A stretch of DNA of 64,000 bases from a virus: positions 96,001 through 160,000 of the IMG/VR virus record IMGVR_UViG_3300045988_173816. One strand, 5' to 3'. The position numbers and the translations under genes are program-made. The notes beneath the pieces were generated by a model. The model was not told the origin of the DNA. It did not search any database and saw nothing but the letters and a program-made list of their open reading frames with translations. This document shows positions 18,580 to 28,735 of this stretch, in pieces. Position 1 is the first letter of the stretch, and each line of letters begins with the position of its first letter.

Positions 18580-18786
18580 ATATTAACCTACATAGTTGTT
18601 ATTTTATCTTTAGTAAGGTTTCAATTTAACAATGAATTGGAGTCCAGTTGTTTTTATTCTGGTATTTTATTTGAAATTTTGTTAATAAGGTGAAATTCAC
18701 TAGTTTAAGCCTGTTGTGATGTATATTTAATGCAATTGTGAATTGGTTTGTTGGAGATTTGAGGTTAATACTGTAATATATAATCG

Positions 18787-18815
18787 TTGACTTATTCAAT
18801 TCGATGTGATAAACT
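18787..18815 (+). promoter_or_regulatory. sigma-A type promoter
   Basis: TTGACT, 17 bp spacer, TGaTAAACT. Confidence 0.6.
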
Positions 18816-21169
18816 AACTTATAGTTGAGGTACTTTAGAGTTTACTTAGATATATTTAAGAGAGCTTCTAAAGGTGCTATAAGGAATTAAATTATTTTAT
18901 AAAGGATGTGTACATGTTAAAGATGTTTAAAGATAAAAAAAGAGTATTATTCTCTAAGAAAATATAAAGGTGTCGGATTAGCTTCTGCGTTAGTAGGTTT
19001 AGCCTTTTTATCACCTAGTGTTATGGCTGATGAGATTGCAACACTTAATACGTCTACAGGTGATGTTAGTGTTGTAAATCTTATGTCAGATACTACTTCG
19101 TTTACTTCTGAGAATACAGTTACTGATACTACAAATACTACACCAGAAGTAGTCAAAGAAGATTCTTTAGCAACTGAAAATGTAGTAGAAAATAGTGCAA
19201 CTACGGTAGTAGTTGATAAACCTACAAAGGTTTCAACTCCAGTTGTTGCTGAACCTCCTAAGGTTGAGTCACCTAAACTAGAAGAAGCGCCTATTGAAAA
19301 GCCATCGAATGAAAGTAGTTTTACTGATAGGTCTAATGAATCTGCTGTTACTGAATCTAATCAACTAACTCGTTTGAGACGTAATAAACGTGATGTTTCA
19401 GGTTCTTCAACTCCAATGAGAACTTACTATTCCACCACAGAATATGTTACAACTGATTCTTCAAATATTCAAGAGGTGAATAAGATTGATTATACAACCT
19501 CTAAAAATCCTTCCCCTGCAGAAGTAGGTAAGGGTATCTACAATAACCAGATTGAAAGTATAGAACAGTTACCTACTAATACTCCAAACGCTTATCGTTT
19601 CAGGATAAAACTAAAGGACGGTGAAAGCCTACCTGATGGTGGGAAGTTGCTCTTATCTTCTTTAGGTTTAAAAGAACCTGTTTCTGCTGACTTGTTTATA
19701 GGTACAGACAAGATTGGTGTTATTAAGACTTATTCTGCAGAATATAATCCAGATTCTATTACTAATCGTCTTAATAAAACTAAAGATGTTGATTCTTACA
19801 TAGCTTTATTTGAGTCTATGAAGCCTACTGATCAACCTCTAACTAGTTTAGTTCTTGAGTTTAATAAAAACTTTTCTACATATAATAAGAACCGATTGGT
19901 TGAGTTTGAGCTGAATTGGTCTAAATATACCGTAGTAGACCATTTAATTAAAAGTAACGGTTCAGAAAAACAAGTAATTACAGGAACTAACGGTGTAGAT
20001 CACGTACCAGAAAAAACACTCAAAGGGTATCTCTTAAATCCTTATGATACTAAAGCTATAACGGCAGGAACTACAGTAAATTTGGTTCAACTCGATAATC
20101 CACCTCAAACGTTCAGCTACGCTAACAACTTGTGGGTATCCTCAGGCTGGGTTGGTGTTACTAAACCTTATTATTTTGATGATTTTTTCATTAGTGCTCC
20201 AAAACAGTTTGAGGTTTTAAACAGAGATTTATCTTCTAGTCCTATTGTCGGTCATGCGAATGACACATTTAAGTTTGAAGTACCAGAAAACTCTTTATTC
20301 GCTACAACAGGGTATAATGTGGGCGATATTGTAGAGTTAGATGGAAGGGATTTTACAACTCCAAAAGAAGAGGTTACTCCAAATCGTTTTACAAACTCGA
20401 ACAAGTTTGCTACTACAAAAACAGGTGAGTATAAGACCCGTAAGATTAAGGTACGTTTCCAGCTTGTAGAAAAAACTGATAGAAGTTATACTTGGAAGTT
20501 AGTGAATGACCTTGTATTAGAAAATGCTCAACTCGATATGGATGTCAAAAAACTTTTTCCATTTCAACCTCGTAGAGACTGGATGTCACGTTTTGGGGAA
20601 AACAAATTGAAAGAGTTCTTGTCAGGAACCTCACGTGATGGTAGTCCTTACTTAACTAATAATCAGTTGCAAAGTACGTTGACCACAAATATTGGTGGAG
20701 TTGAAAAGTCCTCTTCGGGTACAGGAGAAATTCATAAAAACGTAAATATCCTGTTCGGTGAAGCAACTACTGGCTCTGTAAAGGTAGTACATAAAACAGA
20801 TGCAGGTGTTACACTAAAAGAAGAGGTTGTAGCTACCAACAAACCTTGGTACACTCCTATAAATTTAGATCCAGCTACGTTTGAGGGGTATCAATTTGTA
20901 TCTTCTTCTGAAACTTTGTCAACCTTGGTTGGTCAGGGTGATAGAACTATAGAATTAGTTTATGCAAAACCTAGCGAAACTGTAGACCGAGATTATCTCC
21001 CAACTAAGTATATCGTGGATAACACCAAAGATGGAACATATAGAAACATTGTTGAAGGTAGCCCAACAGTTACAACAGTTCGTAAAGAGTATATTTACTC
21101 ACCAATTACAAGAACTTCTACTCCTAAGTATACAACTACTAAGGAAGAAGGTAAACCTATGGTTGTTAC

Positions 21170-23150
21170 TATCGGTTCAAAACCTACAACCGAGGTTACT
21201 TACCAAGATTTCACTACTCGTTATGTAGCAGACCCTACTCGTACTGCGGGTGAGAAGTTCACAGAAACTGCAGGTGTCCGTGGTACAACTACAATCGAAA
21301 CAACTTACTCTGTAAATAAAGAAACTGGGGAAGTAACACCAATGAAAGGTCAATCTGTAGTTGTCGCACCGAAAGAAGCAGTCATTAAAGTGGGTACTAA
21401 ACCAACTATAGTTGAGACTACAATCCCAGTAACAACGACTTACAAAGCTGATAACTCCCTTGATTACGGTAAGGAGTCCGTTGAATCTCAAGGTCAAGCA
21501 GGTACTCGCACTGTTACAACTCCTAAAGTTTTAAACACACAAGATGGTACAGTATCAGATGGTCAACCAACTACTAAAGAAACTCCAATGACACCTAAGG
21601 TTGTCAAGAAGGGTACTAAACCTACGGTAACTGAAAAACCAATCAACTTTACTACAGTTTATGAAGCCGATGAAACTAAAGAAAACGGTGTTCGCACTGA
21701 CAAGGCAGTAGGTGTTCAAGGTAAGGTAATTACTACAACTACTTATACACTTAACGAATCTACTGGTAATATTACTGTAAATACTCCTACTGAACGTAGA
21801 GAAGAGCCAACCAACAAAGTAGTCCTAGTGGGTACAAAACCTAAAGTAGAGACTCAGACAATTGAAATCACAACTAAATACGTTGAAGACACTACTCTTG
21901 AAGCAGGTAAAGAAGTTGAAGTTGAAAAAGGTTCTGTAGGTCGTACTGTTACAACTACGACTTATGTGCTCAATACGGTAGACGGTACGGTAACTGCAAA
22001 TAAACCAACTGTAGAGACTACTCCAATGTTTCAAAGAATCCTTAAAGTAGGTATCAAACCAAAAGTTGATGTTGAGAAAGTAGCTCGTAAGGTAACTTAC
22101 CTAGCAGATGCTACGAAAGAGTTTGGCTTTACTGAGGTTAAAACTGAAGGTTCAGACGGTAGTGTAACCACTACAACAACCTACACCGTTAACAAAGATG
22201 GTTCGGTATCTCCAAACACCCCAACTAAAGAAGTGGTTGAAGCAGTCACTAAGATTGTTGTTATGGGTACTAAACCGAAAGTAACTGTTGAGAAGACAAA
22301 ATACACAACTAGTTACGAAGAAGATGACACTTTGACTAAGGGTGAAACTAAGGTTAAGGTTCAAGGTAAAGAAGGTGTTAAAACAACTACGATTACTTAT
22401 ACTTTGGATACTGAGTTAGGTGTTGTGAAAGAAAACAAACCTACGGTTGAAGAAGTTGAAGTAGTGAATGAAATTATTTCGGTTGGAACGAAACCAGAAG
22501 AGTCTTCTGAACCAATTCCTTACACAACTGAGTATAGACCAAATACGCAAGTTGAAAAAGGTGAAACTTCAGTTAAAACTAAAGGTGAAAACGGTAAGAC
22601 TACAACAACAGTAACCTACAAAGTTGATAAAACAACAGGTAAAGTAACTGAGAAAGACCGTAAGGTTGATATTGTCTCACCTAAGAACGAAGTAGTTGAG
22701 ATTGGTAACAAACCAACTACTGAGGTAGTTGTGATTCCTTCAGTTGTTCGTTATGTACCAGACACTTCTAAGAAAGTTGGTTCTGATAATGAAACAACAA
22801 AAGGTAAAGATGGTTCTAAGTCAACTACTACAACTTACAATGTAGATCCAAAAACAGGTAAGATTACAGAGGTTGTCGGTATCCCCGTGATTACAGACCA
22901 AGTTGAAACTGTGGTTAAAGTTGGTGCTAAACCAAAAGAAGATGTAACTGAGACTCCAGTAGAAACTGAGTATGTTGACACACCTGACCTTTATGTAGGT
23001 GAAGAGAAAGTTATCAGTGAAGGTACGCCAGGTTCAGTGACTAAGACAACAAGCTACACTGTCAATGAAAAGACAGGTGAAGTAACTGAGAATAAACCTT
23101 GGACAACAACAGTTCCTATGAAGAAACGTGTGGTTCACAGAGGTACAAAT
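21170..23150 (+). repeat. about 9 tandem G5-like domain repeats (about 80 aa each)
   Basis: Units are bounded by V(G/I)(T/S/N/A)KP and contain Y..D......G......G..G.......Y.vn..tG.v. Confidence 0.75.
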
Positions 23151-23444
23151 CAGTACAAAGCAAGTGTCGTAGCGAACTACTACTTAGAAGGTACAACTGA
23201 GAAACTTCAAGAGAGCAAAGAGCAGAAAGACTTGGTAGTAGGTACAACCTATAAGACAAGTTCTGAGCTTAATAAAGCGCCAGAGGTGACTAAAGAGGTT
23301 AAAGACGGTAAGGAAACTACCACAACGGTATCTTATGAGTTGGTTTCAACTCCAGAGAACGCTGAAGGTAAGGTTGTTAAAGAAGGTGTTGTAGTAAACT
23401 ATTACTATAAACGTGTGGTCACAACTGTGGTTAAAGATTTGACA

Positions 23445-23560
23445 CCAGAGAAACCACAAACTCCAGAGAAGCCAGAGACTCCGGAAAAACCACAAACACC
23501 AGAGAAACCAGAAGTACCTCAGAAGCCACAGGAAGCTCCAAAACCAACTGAAAAACCAGT
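23445..23560 (+). repeat. Pro-rich wall-spanning repeat (PEKPQT/PEKPET)
   Basis: CCAGAGAAACCACAAACT-type 18-nt units. Confidence 0.8.
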
Positions 23561-23750
23561 TGCAGTAGAAACACCTCAGAAAGAAGAAAAAGCTCTTAGA
23601 GAGGAAACTACGGCTTCTAAACGTGAGTTACCAAACACAGGTACAAGCGAAAGTGCAGGGTTAGGTTTACTAAGTGGTTTGGGTATCTTTAGTGCACTTG
23701 GACTTTTGACAAGAAGAAAATCTTCTGAGGAAGACTAAGAAAATAATGAT

Positions 23751-23786
23751 AAGAGATGGCAATTCCTTGCTATCTCTTTCTTTTTG
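23751..23786 (+). terminator. intrinsic terminator
   Basis: 11-bp stem AAGAGATGGCA/TGCTATCTCTT, then TCTTTTT. Confidence 0.75.
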
Positions 23787-23822
23787 TTCAATTTAAAATT
23801 TATAAATTTGATATAGAAATTG

Positions 23823-23851
23823 TTGATAATTTTTCCAATTTGTGCTATACT
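23823..23851 (+). promoter_or_regulatory. sigma-A type promoter
   Basis: TTGATA, 17 bp spacer, TGcTATACT. Confidence 0.65.
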
Positions 23852-23893
23852 TAATCTATTAAGAATTTCGGAAGAAATAAAGGAGAAGTTGCG

Positions 23894-24637
23894 GTGGCAA
23901 AGAAGAAAAGTCGGAAGAAAAAGGTTAAAAAGTCTTCTAAGTTTTTAAAACAACTAGGTTTGCTAACTTTGGTAGGGGTATCCTTTCTAGGTGGTGCACT
24001 TTATGTTTTAACTACACCAGATGCAAAAGCAGAAGAGGCAGTTCATTTAACTGATGTAACAGGTGATTTTATCAATCGAATTGGTGGGGTTTCTCAGGAG
24101 TTGGCAAATCAATATGACTTGTTTCCTTCTGTCATGATTGCACAAGCTATTTTAGAGTCTCGCTCTGGAACATCAGGTTTATCGGATGCTCCAAATTACA
24201 ATTTATTTGGTATTAAAGGTTCTTATAATGGAAATAGTGTAGTCCTTGAAACTTGGGAAGATGATGGTGTAGGGAACACTTATACAATGAATGATGCTTT
24301 TCGTCAGTACCCTTCTTGGAGAGCTTCTTTGGAAGACTATGCTCAACTGTTGCAGCAACCAATATACCAAGGAGCGCATCGCTCAGTAGCGGGTTCTTAT
24401 GATGTTGCAACTGCGCATTTAACAGGTCGTTACGCAACTGATACAAACTATGCTAACAAGCTCAATAACTTGATTGTGACGTACAATTTAACTCGTTTTG
24501 ATGGTGGCTCTGCGGTATCCACAACTTCCACAGAAGTTTCAAACGGTTGGGTATGGAACCCACATCGTAGGTCATTCACAAGTCAAGCGATTTTAGACCA
24601 AGATAATGCTTGGTTATCTTATGTGAGAGGGGAGTAG
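23894..24637 (+). CDS. secreted/membrane-anchored peptidoglycan hydrolase (glucosaminidase/FlgJ-type domain)
   Basis: Lys-rich N-terminus plus TM LGLLTLVGVSFLGGALYVL. MIAQAILESRSGTSGLSDAPNYNLFGIKG is the glucosaminidase-family signature. Confidence 0.8.
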   Translation: MAKKKSRKKKVKKSSKFLKQLGLLTLVGVSFLGGALYVLTTPDAKAEEAVHLTDVTGDFINRIGGVSQELANQYDLFPSVMIAQAILESRSGTSGLSDAPNYNLFGIKGSYNGNSVVLETWEDDGVGNTYTMNDAFRQYPSWRASLEDYAQLLQQPIYQGAHRSVAGSYDVATAHLTGRYATDTNYANKLNNLIVTYNLTRFDGGSAVSTTSTEVSNGWVWNPHRRSFTSQAILDQDNAWLSYVRGE

Positions 24638-24640
24638 CTT

Positions 24641-25093
24641 ATGTTATCTGATAAAGATTTTTGTCATCTTCGTTTAGGTTTAGATGCTCTTATTCAAGAC
24701 TTCTTAAGTAGCAAAGTATTGAACAAACATTTACCTAAGATGAAGCTCACAAGTGAAGGTAAGATAATTGGTTCTATTTATAATGACCCAGTTAGACTGA
24801 ATCCAACTCTCCATTTACGTTTTTATAACCGAAGTAAACGGATGACTTTCCAGTTGGTTGTTACAAACTACTTAGATGTTTTAGCTGAACCAACTGAGCC
24901 TTATATCGTATATGTAGAAGGTCACCATCTTAATTCAGTCAGAGAGATTGTAGAAGCCAACCAATTCGCAATTTCTCCAAATGGGAGACTTGAAGGTTTA
25001 GTTGGTCTATTGGAGTTCATGAAGTACGATTACTTAGGGGAAGCACTTTTGGGGTATCTCTACTTGTTGTACCCAGATTTGAAAGATATGTGA
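24641..25093 (+). CDS. array-2 small protein (function unknown)
   Basis: Starts 4 nt after the upstream stop. 150 aa. Confidence 0.8.
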   Translation: MLSDKDFCHLRLGLDALIQDFLSSKVLNKHLPKMKLTSEGKIIGSIYNDPVRLNPTLHLRFYNRSKRMTFQLVVTNYLDVLAEPTEPYIVYVEGHHLNSVREIVEANQFAISPNGRLEGLVGLLEFMKYDYLGEALLGYLYLLYPDLKDM

Positions 25094-25103
25094 GGTAGTC
25101 TTT

Positions 25104-25514
25104 ATGGTAAAAGAAATTAAAGAACTCTTAGCAGAGGATTTAAAAGCTTTAACTTTGAAGTTTGATTTTATAACTGATACTAGCGAAGATATTTGGTATC
25201 CAATCAATCTTTCTTGGTCTGTAGGTTTTTCAAAATTGACTACGGAGAAGTATTCGTATATGGTATTTAAGTTACAGAACCGAAAAACAGGTTACGTTGT
25301 GAGAAATGTCTTTATCCGTAGAGAATTTAATGGAATACAGAACTTTTATGGATACAATCTTTTATGTGAAATGTTGTATGGAGGTAAGGTTCAAGAGTCT
25401 TCTACTTTAGTTAACTTTGATGATTTGCCTTACAACGATTTGGAATATTTTTTAGATTATTTTTTAACTGAGACTCAGCAGTGGGTTTTACATCATGCTT
25501 TGGGTAGGTTGTAA
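25104..25514 (+). CDS. array-2 small protein, close paralog of 25539..25952
   Basis: LAEDLKALTLKFDFITDTSEDIWYPINLSWSVGFSKLTTEKYSYMVFKLQNRKTGYVVRNVF aligns with the next gene. Confidence 0.85.
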   Translation: MVKEIKELLAEDLKALTLKFDFITDTSEDIWYPINLSWSVGFSKLTTEKYSYMVFKLQNRKTGYVVRNVFIRREFNGIQNFYGYNLLCEMLYGGKVQESSTLVNFDDLPYNDLEYFLDYFLTETQQWVLHHALGRL

Positions 25515-25538
25515 GATTAGTTATATTGTGAGGTAATT

Positions 25539-25952
25539 ATGACAAAAGATTTAAACAAACAGGTAGCGGATAAATTATTAGATTTACTGACTCAGTTTGA
25601 ATACTTCCCAGATACAAAGAAAGATATACATTTTATGTCAAATTCTACTTGGGATTTTGGTTATTCAAAATTAACCGCAGAAGACTATACTTATATGCGT
25701 TTTTACTTAACAAACCTTAGTACAGGCTATGTAGTCCGTGAGCTATTTGTTCTTCGTAAATTTGATGCAGAACGTGGTTTGTTTACCTTTTCCCTTAAGT
25801 GTACTAGATGTTCTAAGGGGTTTGTTCAAAAGGTTTCAATTTTAGAGAGCTTAGCAGACGCAAGACTTTTAGAAGTAGCAGAGTTCTTGTCTGACTGTTT
25901 AACAGAACCTCAAATGCAAGCCTTATTTAAAGGTTTAGATAATTTTGTTTAG
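25539..25952 (+). CDS. array-2 small protein, close paralog of 25104..25514
   Basis: VADKLLDLLTQFEYFPDTKKDIHFMSNSTWDFGYSKLTAEDYTYMRFYLTNLSTGYVVRELF. Confidence 0.85.
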   Translation: MTKDLNKQVADKLLDLLTQFEYFPDTKKDIHFMSNSTWDFGYSKLTAEDYTYMRFYLTNLSTGYVVRELFVLRKFDAERGLFTFSLKCTRCSKGFVQKVSILESLADARLLEVAEFLSDCLTEPQMQALFKGLDNFV

Positions 25953-25963
25953 GAGATTCAATT

Positions 25964-26444
25964 TTGACTAAAAGACAATCAAAAGAAGAAAAACTAGCTA
26001 GAATAGCAGATAGATTACTGCGGTTATACTTTTAACTTTCTCTAAGTTTTCAAAAGAGGAAACCCTTTGAAATTCCATTTAAGTTAAAAAAAATATGAAA
26101 ACTACAAAGGTCTTATAGAGTTCAGTAGAACTGAAACCACAATAACTTTCGGTATCACCTTGTTAACTTCAAATGATGCACCTTTACATCGTTTTGAGGT
26201 TAGTCATATTCTAGGAACATTTGAGAAACCGTTTAGTTATTGTGCCTTTACAAGTTTACCTTACAAAAGAGGCCAAGCTTTAGAGAATTTGAAAGTAGGT
26301 TTTACACACCAAATTCCGTTTGAAGCTTACATTCGTCAAATGGTTATGACAAGCTGTAAAAGAGATAATTTGCTTATGCCATTAGTTGCTTATTTGGAAC
26401 GAGCGGTTGGTTTGATTGAGTACAATAAGATGTTCAAGGATTGA
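25964..26444 (+). pseudogene. decayed array-2 member (multiple frameshifts)
   Basis: AGGAG SD and TTG-25964 give a 23-aa helix (LARIADRLLRLYF*). The rest continues in other frames, and the final frame is ORF 26160..26444. An A8 run at 26086-26093 sits at one break. Confidence 0.45.
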
Positions 26445-26454
26445 GAGGTTAGTA

Positions 26455-26997
26455 ATGAGTAAACGAACACTATTTATAGAAGAGAAACAGGGTTATTTTA
26501 TAACTACGTTAGAACAGTGTTACAAAGTTTTAGAAACTTTAGCTAATCAAAAGTTTGAAGGTCTTTATACTACATCCTTGGACTGCAACTCTAAATACAC
26601 CTTAGATGTTATTTTGACTGCAACAGATAATAGTTCTTATATTTCTTATGACTTAGGTTTAACCTTATACAAGAAAGAAAATGGTGTAGCACAACATTCT
26701 TTGAGATTAGCTTTAGATTATCCGAAAGGTACTTTAGGTAATTCAGTTGAACCTATTTATACAGGTTATAGTACACCTTGTTTCAGAGGTAAACCGAAAA
26801 CAGAACAAGCAACTAGTTTCAAACGAACTTGGTTGTCTCCTAAAGGGATTTATTATTTAGTAGTAGATGGTATCCCCAAAGAAGAATTACTTTCCGCTTA
26901 CTTTGATGGTACAAATGCGTTGACAGATTTTATGACCAAAGTTGTAACAAAAGCTCAGTATCCACATTTAAAAGTTGAAGGTTTAGAAGATGATTAA
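26455..26997 (+). CDS. array-2 protein (180 aa)
   Basis: GAGAGG SD before ATG-26455. The track start 26416 overlaps the previous ORF. Confidence 0.8.
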   Translation: MSKRTLFIEEKQGYFITTLEQCYKVLETLANQKFEGLYTTSLDCNSKYTLDVILTATDNSSYISYDLGLTLYKKENGVAQHSLRLALDYPKGTLGNSVEPIYTGYSTPCFRGKPKTEQATSFKRTWLSPKGIYYLVVDGIPKEELLSAYFDGTNALTDFMTKVVTKAQYPHLKVEGLEDD

Positions 26998-27433
26998 AAA
27001 CCAACGTGAAGAATTAAATTTGCAATTAGCTAGTCAACTCTTACAATTTTCAAACTTGATAAAAGAGTCCGCAGATTCATTGAGTTTTGCTAATCCATAT
27101 ACGTTTTCAGTCTCTAACACTAGCTATTTTGAGATTTCTAAGTTGGTTGAACCTCAGTATTTCACAACTTATGAATTTATGCTGTATGATGCAGAAAAAC
27201 AAACTCCCACTTACTTAATTCGATTAACTTATGGGGTGGATTTTGTAGAAACAGAATTGAGACGCTACAAACGAAAAGAAGGTGTCTTTGTAGAGCTATA
27301 TTTAGTGAGAGGTGGTCTCGTAGCACCAAGCTTAACTACTTTGAAAGTTTTGGTAAGTAATATTCACACCGCCTCTGTGGTATCCCTCTTCTCGGAGGGT
27401 TTCCGTTTGCTAGGTTTCGAAGGGGAGTTTTAA
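26990..27433 (+). CDS. array-2 small protein
   Basis: 8-nt overlap with the upstream gene. 147 aa. Confidence 0.8.
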   Translation: MIKNQREELNLQLASQLLQFSNLIKESADSLSFANPYTFSVSNTSYFEISKLVEPQYFTTYEFMLYDAEKQTPTYLIRLTYGVDFVETELRRYKRKEGVFVELYLVRGGLVAPSLTTLKVLVSNIHTASVVSLFSEGFRLLGFEGEF

Positions 27434-27441
27434 AAGTTATT

Positions 27442-27883
27442 ATGAATACGATAGAGAGACGAGAACTAGTAACTCATGTTTGTTCTCAACTTAGTTTTTT
27501 TAGTTTCAAATATGGGAAACTCTAATGTAATTACTTTACTTAAAGCCACACCAAGTAAAGAATATGGTGCGTACAGTTGCAGTATTGTGCTTGAAGGTAA
27601 TTCTCTTTATCTAAGTCTAAAAACTAAGAGAGCTAAACAATCCGTTTATTCTGCTTACTTAAAACATGATTATATTCGCAGTTTAGGTAAGTTTGGTTGG
27701 TACCTTCAAAGTTGACCGTATAAAAACGGTAAGAAATACCGCTTTTTAGAAGTTAGTTTATATGTGGAAGGGTTAGATACTAGTTGTTTTGCGTTGTTAT
27801 TGCAAGTTGTATCAAAAGATACTCATTTACAAGCTCTTAGTAAGTTACTTGATATGTGGGTTGAAGATATAAAAGGGGTTTAA
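27442..27883 (+). pseudogene. decayed array-2 member (one frameshift at a T7 run plus one in-frame TGA)
   Basis: Frame 1 gives MNTIERRELVTHVCSQLSFF.. up to the T7 run at 27495-27501. It then continues as ORF 27476..27715. After TGA at 27713 the same frame stays open to TAA at 27881, 1 nt before the next ATG. Confidence 0.5.
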
Positions 27884-27884
27884 G

Positions 27885-28298
27885 ATGAAATTAACAAAGA
27901 ACAGACAAGCATTAAGTGATTATTTAGTAAAACTTCTCCGTAAAGAGTGGAAGCAAGCTCCATATACAAAAGGGGTAGTTTTTGATACTTCACTTATTTA
28001 TGAGTTTCGTTTTCTAAGAGATGGTTCTGAAATTGAACTTGCTTTATATACCTATAATGTAGGTAGAGAACACGTTTTAAACTTTGACCTTGAGCATGGT
28101 TGTGTTTTTTGCCGAAGTATTCGCAAAGGGTATACTAAAGATGGCAACTATCAAGAAGTTCGTTTTTCTTTAGATTATGAGGAGTTTATGTCTAAGAACT
28201 TGAGTAAGTTCGAAGATTTAATTGAGTTTATTAGCTCAGATGAAATGGCTCGGGTATTGTTGCATGCTTTGAAAGAGTATAAAGGTGATGTAAACTAA
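27885..28298 (+). CDS. array-2 small protein
   Basis: 137 aa. C-terminal helix SSDEMARVLLHALKEYKG resembles its neighbours. Confidence 0.85.
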   Translation: MKLTKNRQALSDYLVKLLRKEWKQAPYTKGVVFDTSLIYEFRFLRDGSEIELALYTYNVGREHVLNFDLEHGCVFCRSIRKGYTKDGNYQEVRFSLDYEEFMSKNLSKFEDLIEFISSDEMARVLLHALKEYKGDVN

Positions 28299-28726
28299 TG
28301 AATTTAACAGAGAAAGAAGTAAATAGATTTAGAGCAGCAGTTAATCATATACTAGAGGAACTACCTAAACTTGTTCCTTATGAAGATAAAGAATTTCCGT
28401 TGAATAATAGGAAGTATACTTACTCTTACACTCAATTTCCTAATGAACTCTATGTAACCTTATATTGTAAAGGTGCCCCAGCTTATTATTTTAAAGTAGA
28501 AGAATCTGGTGATGGATACACGTTGAGTGGTTGGTCATACTACAACAATGCTCCAATGGTGGGTTTGTTGTTTACGGTCTATGTAGGTAAAAACTCTCTA
28601 CAAGTAAATGATTCTGAGTTAAATGCTATTATTAAGTCTATTTCTTCTAAAGAGCGTTTTGTAAACTTGTACACTACTTTGTGTTTAATTGTTCAAACCA
28701 ATACGTTCCTTGAGTGGGAAGATTGA
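28298..28726 (+). CDS. array-2 small protein
   Basis: TAATG overlap with the upstream gene. Ends ..FLEWED. Confidence 0.85.
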   Translation: MNLTEKEVNRFRAAVNHILEELPKLVPYEDKEFPLNNRKYTYSYTQFPNELYVTLYCKGAPAYYFKVEESGDGYTLSGWSYYNNAPMVGLLFTVYVGKNSLQVNDSELNAIIKSISSKERFVNLYTTLCLIVQTNTFLEWED

Positions 28727-28735
28727 GGTTTTATC

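Larger units (their letters stand above)
18914..23738 (+). pseudogene. LPXTG surface protein with MucBP and about 9 G5-like repeats. The signal peptide is out of frame through a 1-nt indel in an A7 run (pseudogene, phase-off state or sequencing error).
   Basis: ATG-18914 gives MLKMFKDKKRVLFSKKI*. Deleting one A of 18935-18941 gives MLKMFKDKKEYYSLRKYKGVGLASALVGLAFL.., continuous with ORF 19023..23738. C-terminus has a PEKPx repeat, LPNTG, a hydrophobic stretch and RRK. Confidence 0.8.

Noticed and set aside
12503-18913. The intergenic regions before adhesin 1 (12503-12836) and before adhesin 2 (18580-18913) are both 334 nt long, which might indicate a repeated element.
   Set aside because: I could not align any sequence similarity between them. 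The equal length appears to be coincidence.
27713-27715. An in-frame TGA followed by 55 open codons, which might indicate genetic code 4 (TGA = Trp).
   Set aside because: TGA clearly terminates many well-supported genes here (for example 6061-6063, 28724-28726, 43126-43128), each with the next SD and start immediately after. A nonsense mutation or local readthrough is more likely.
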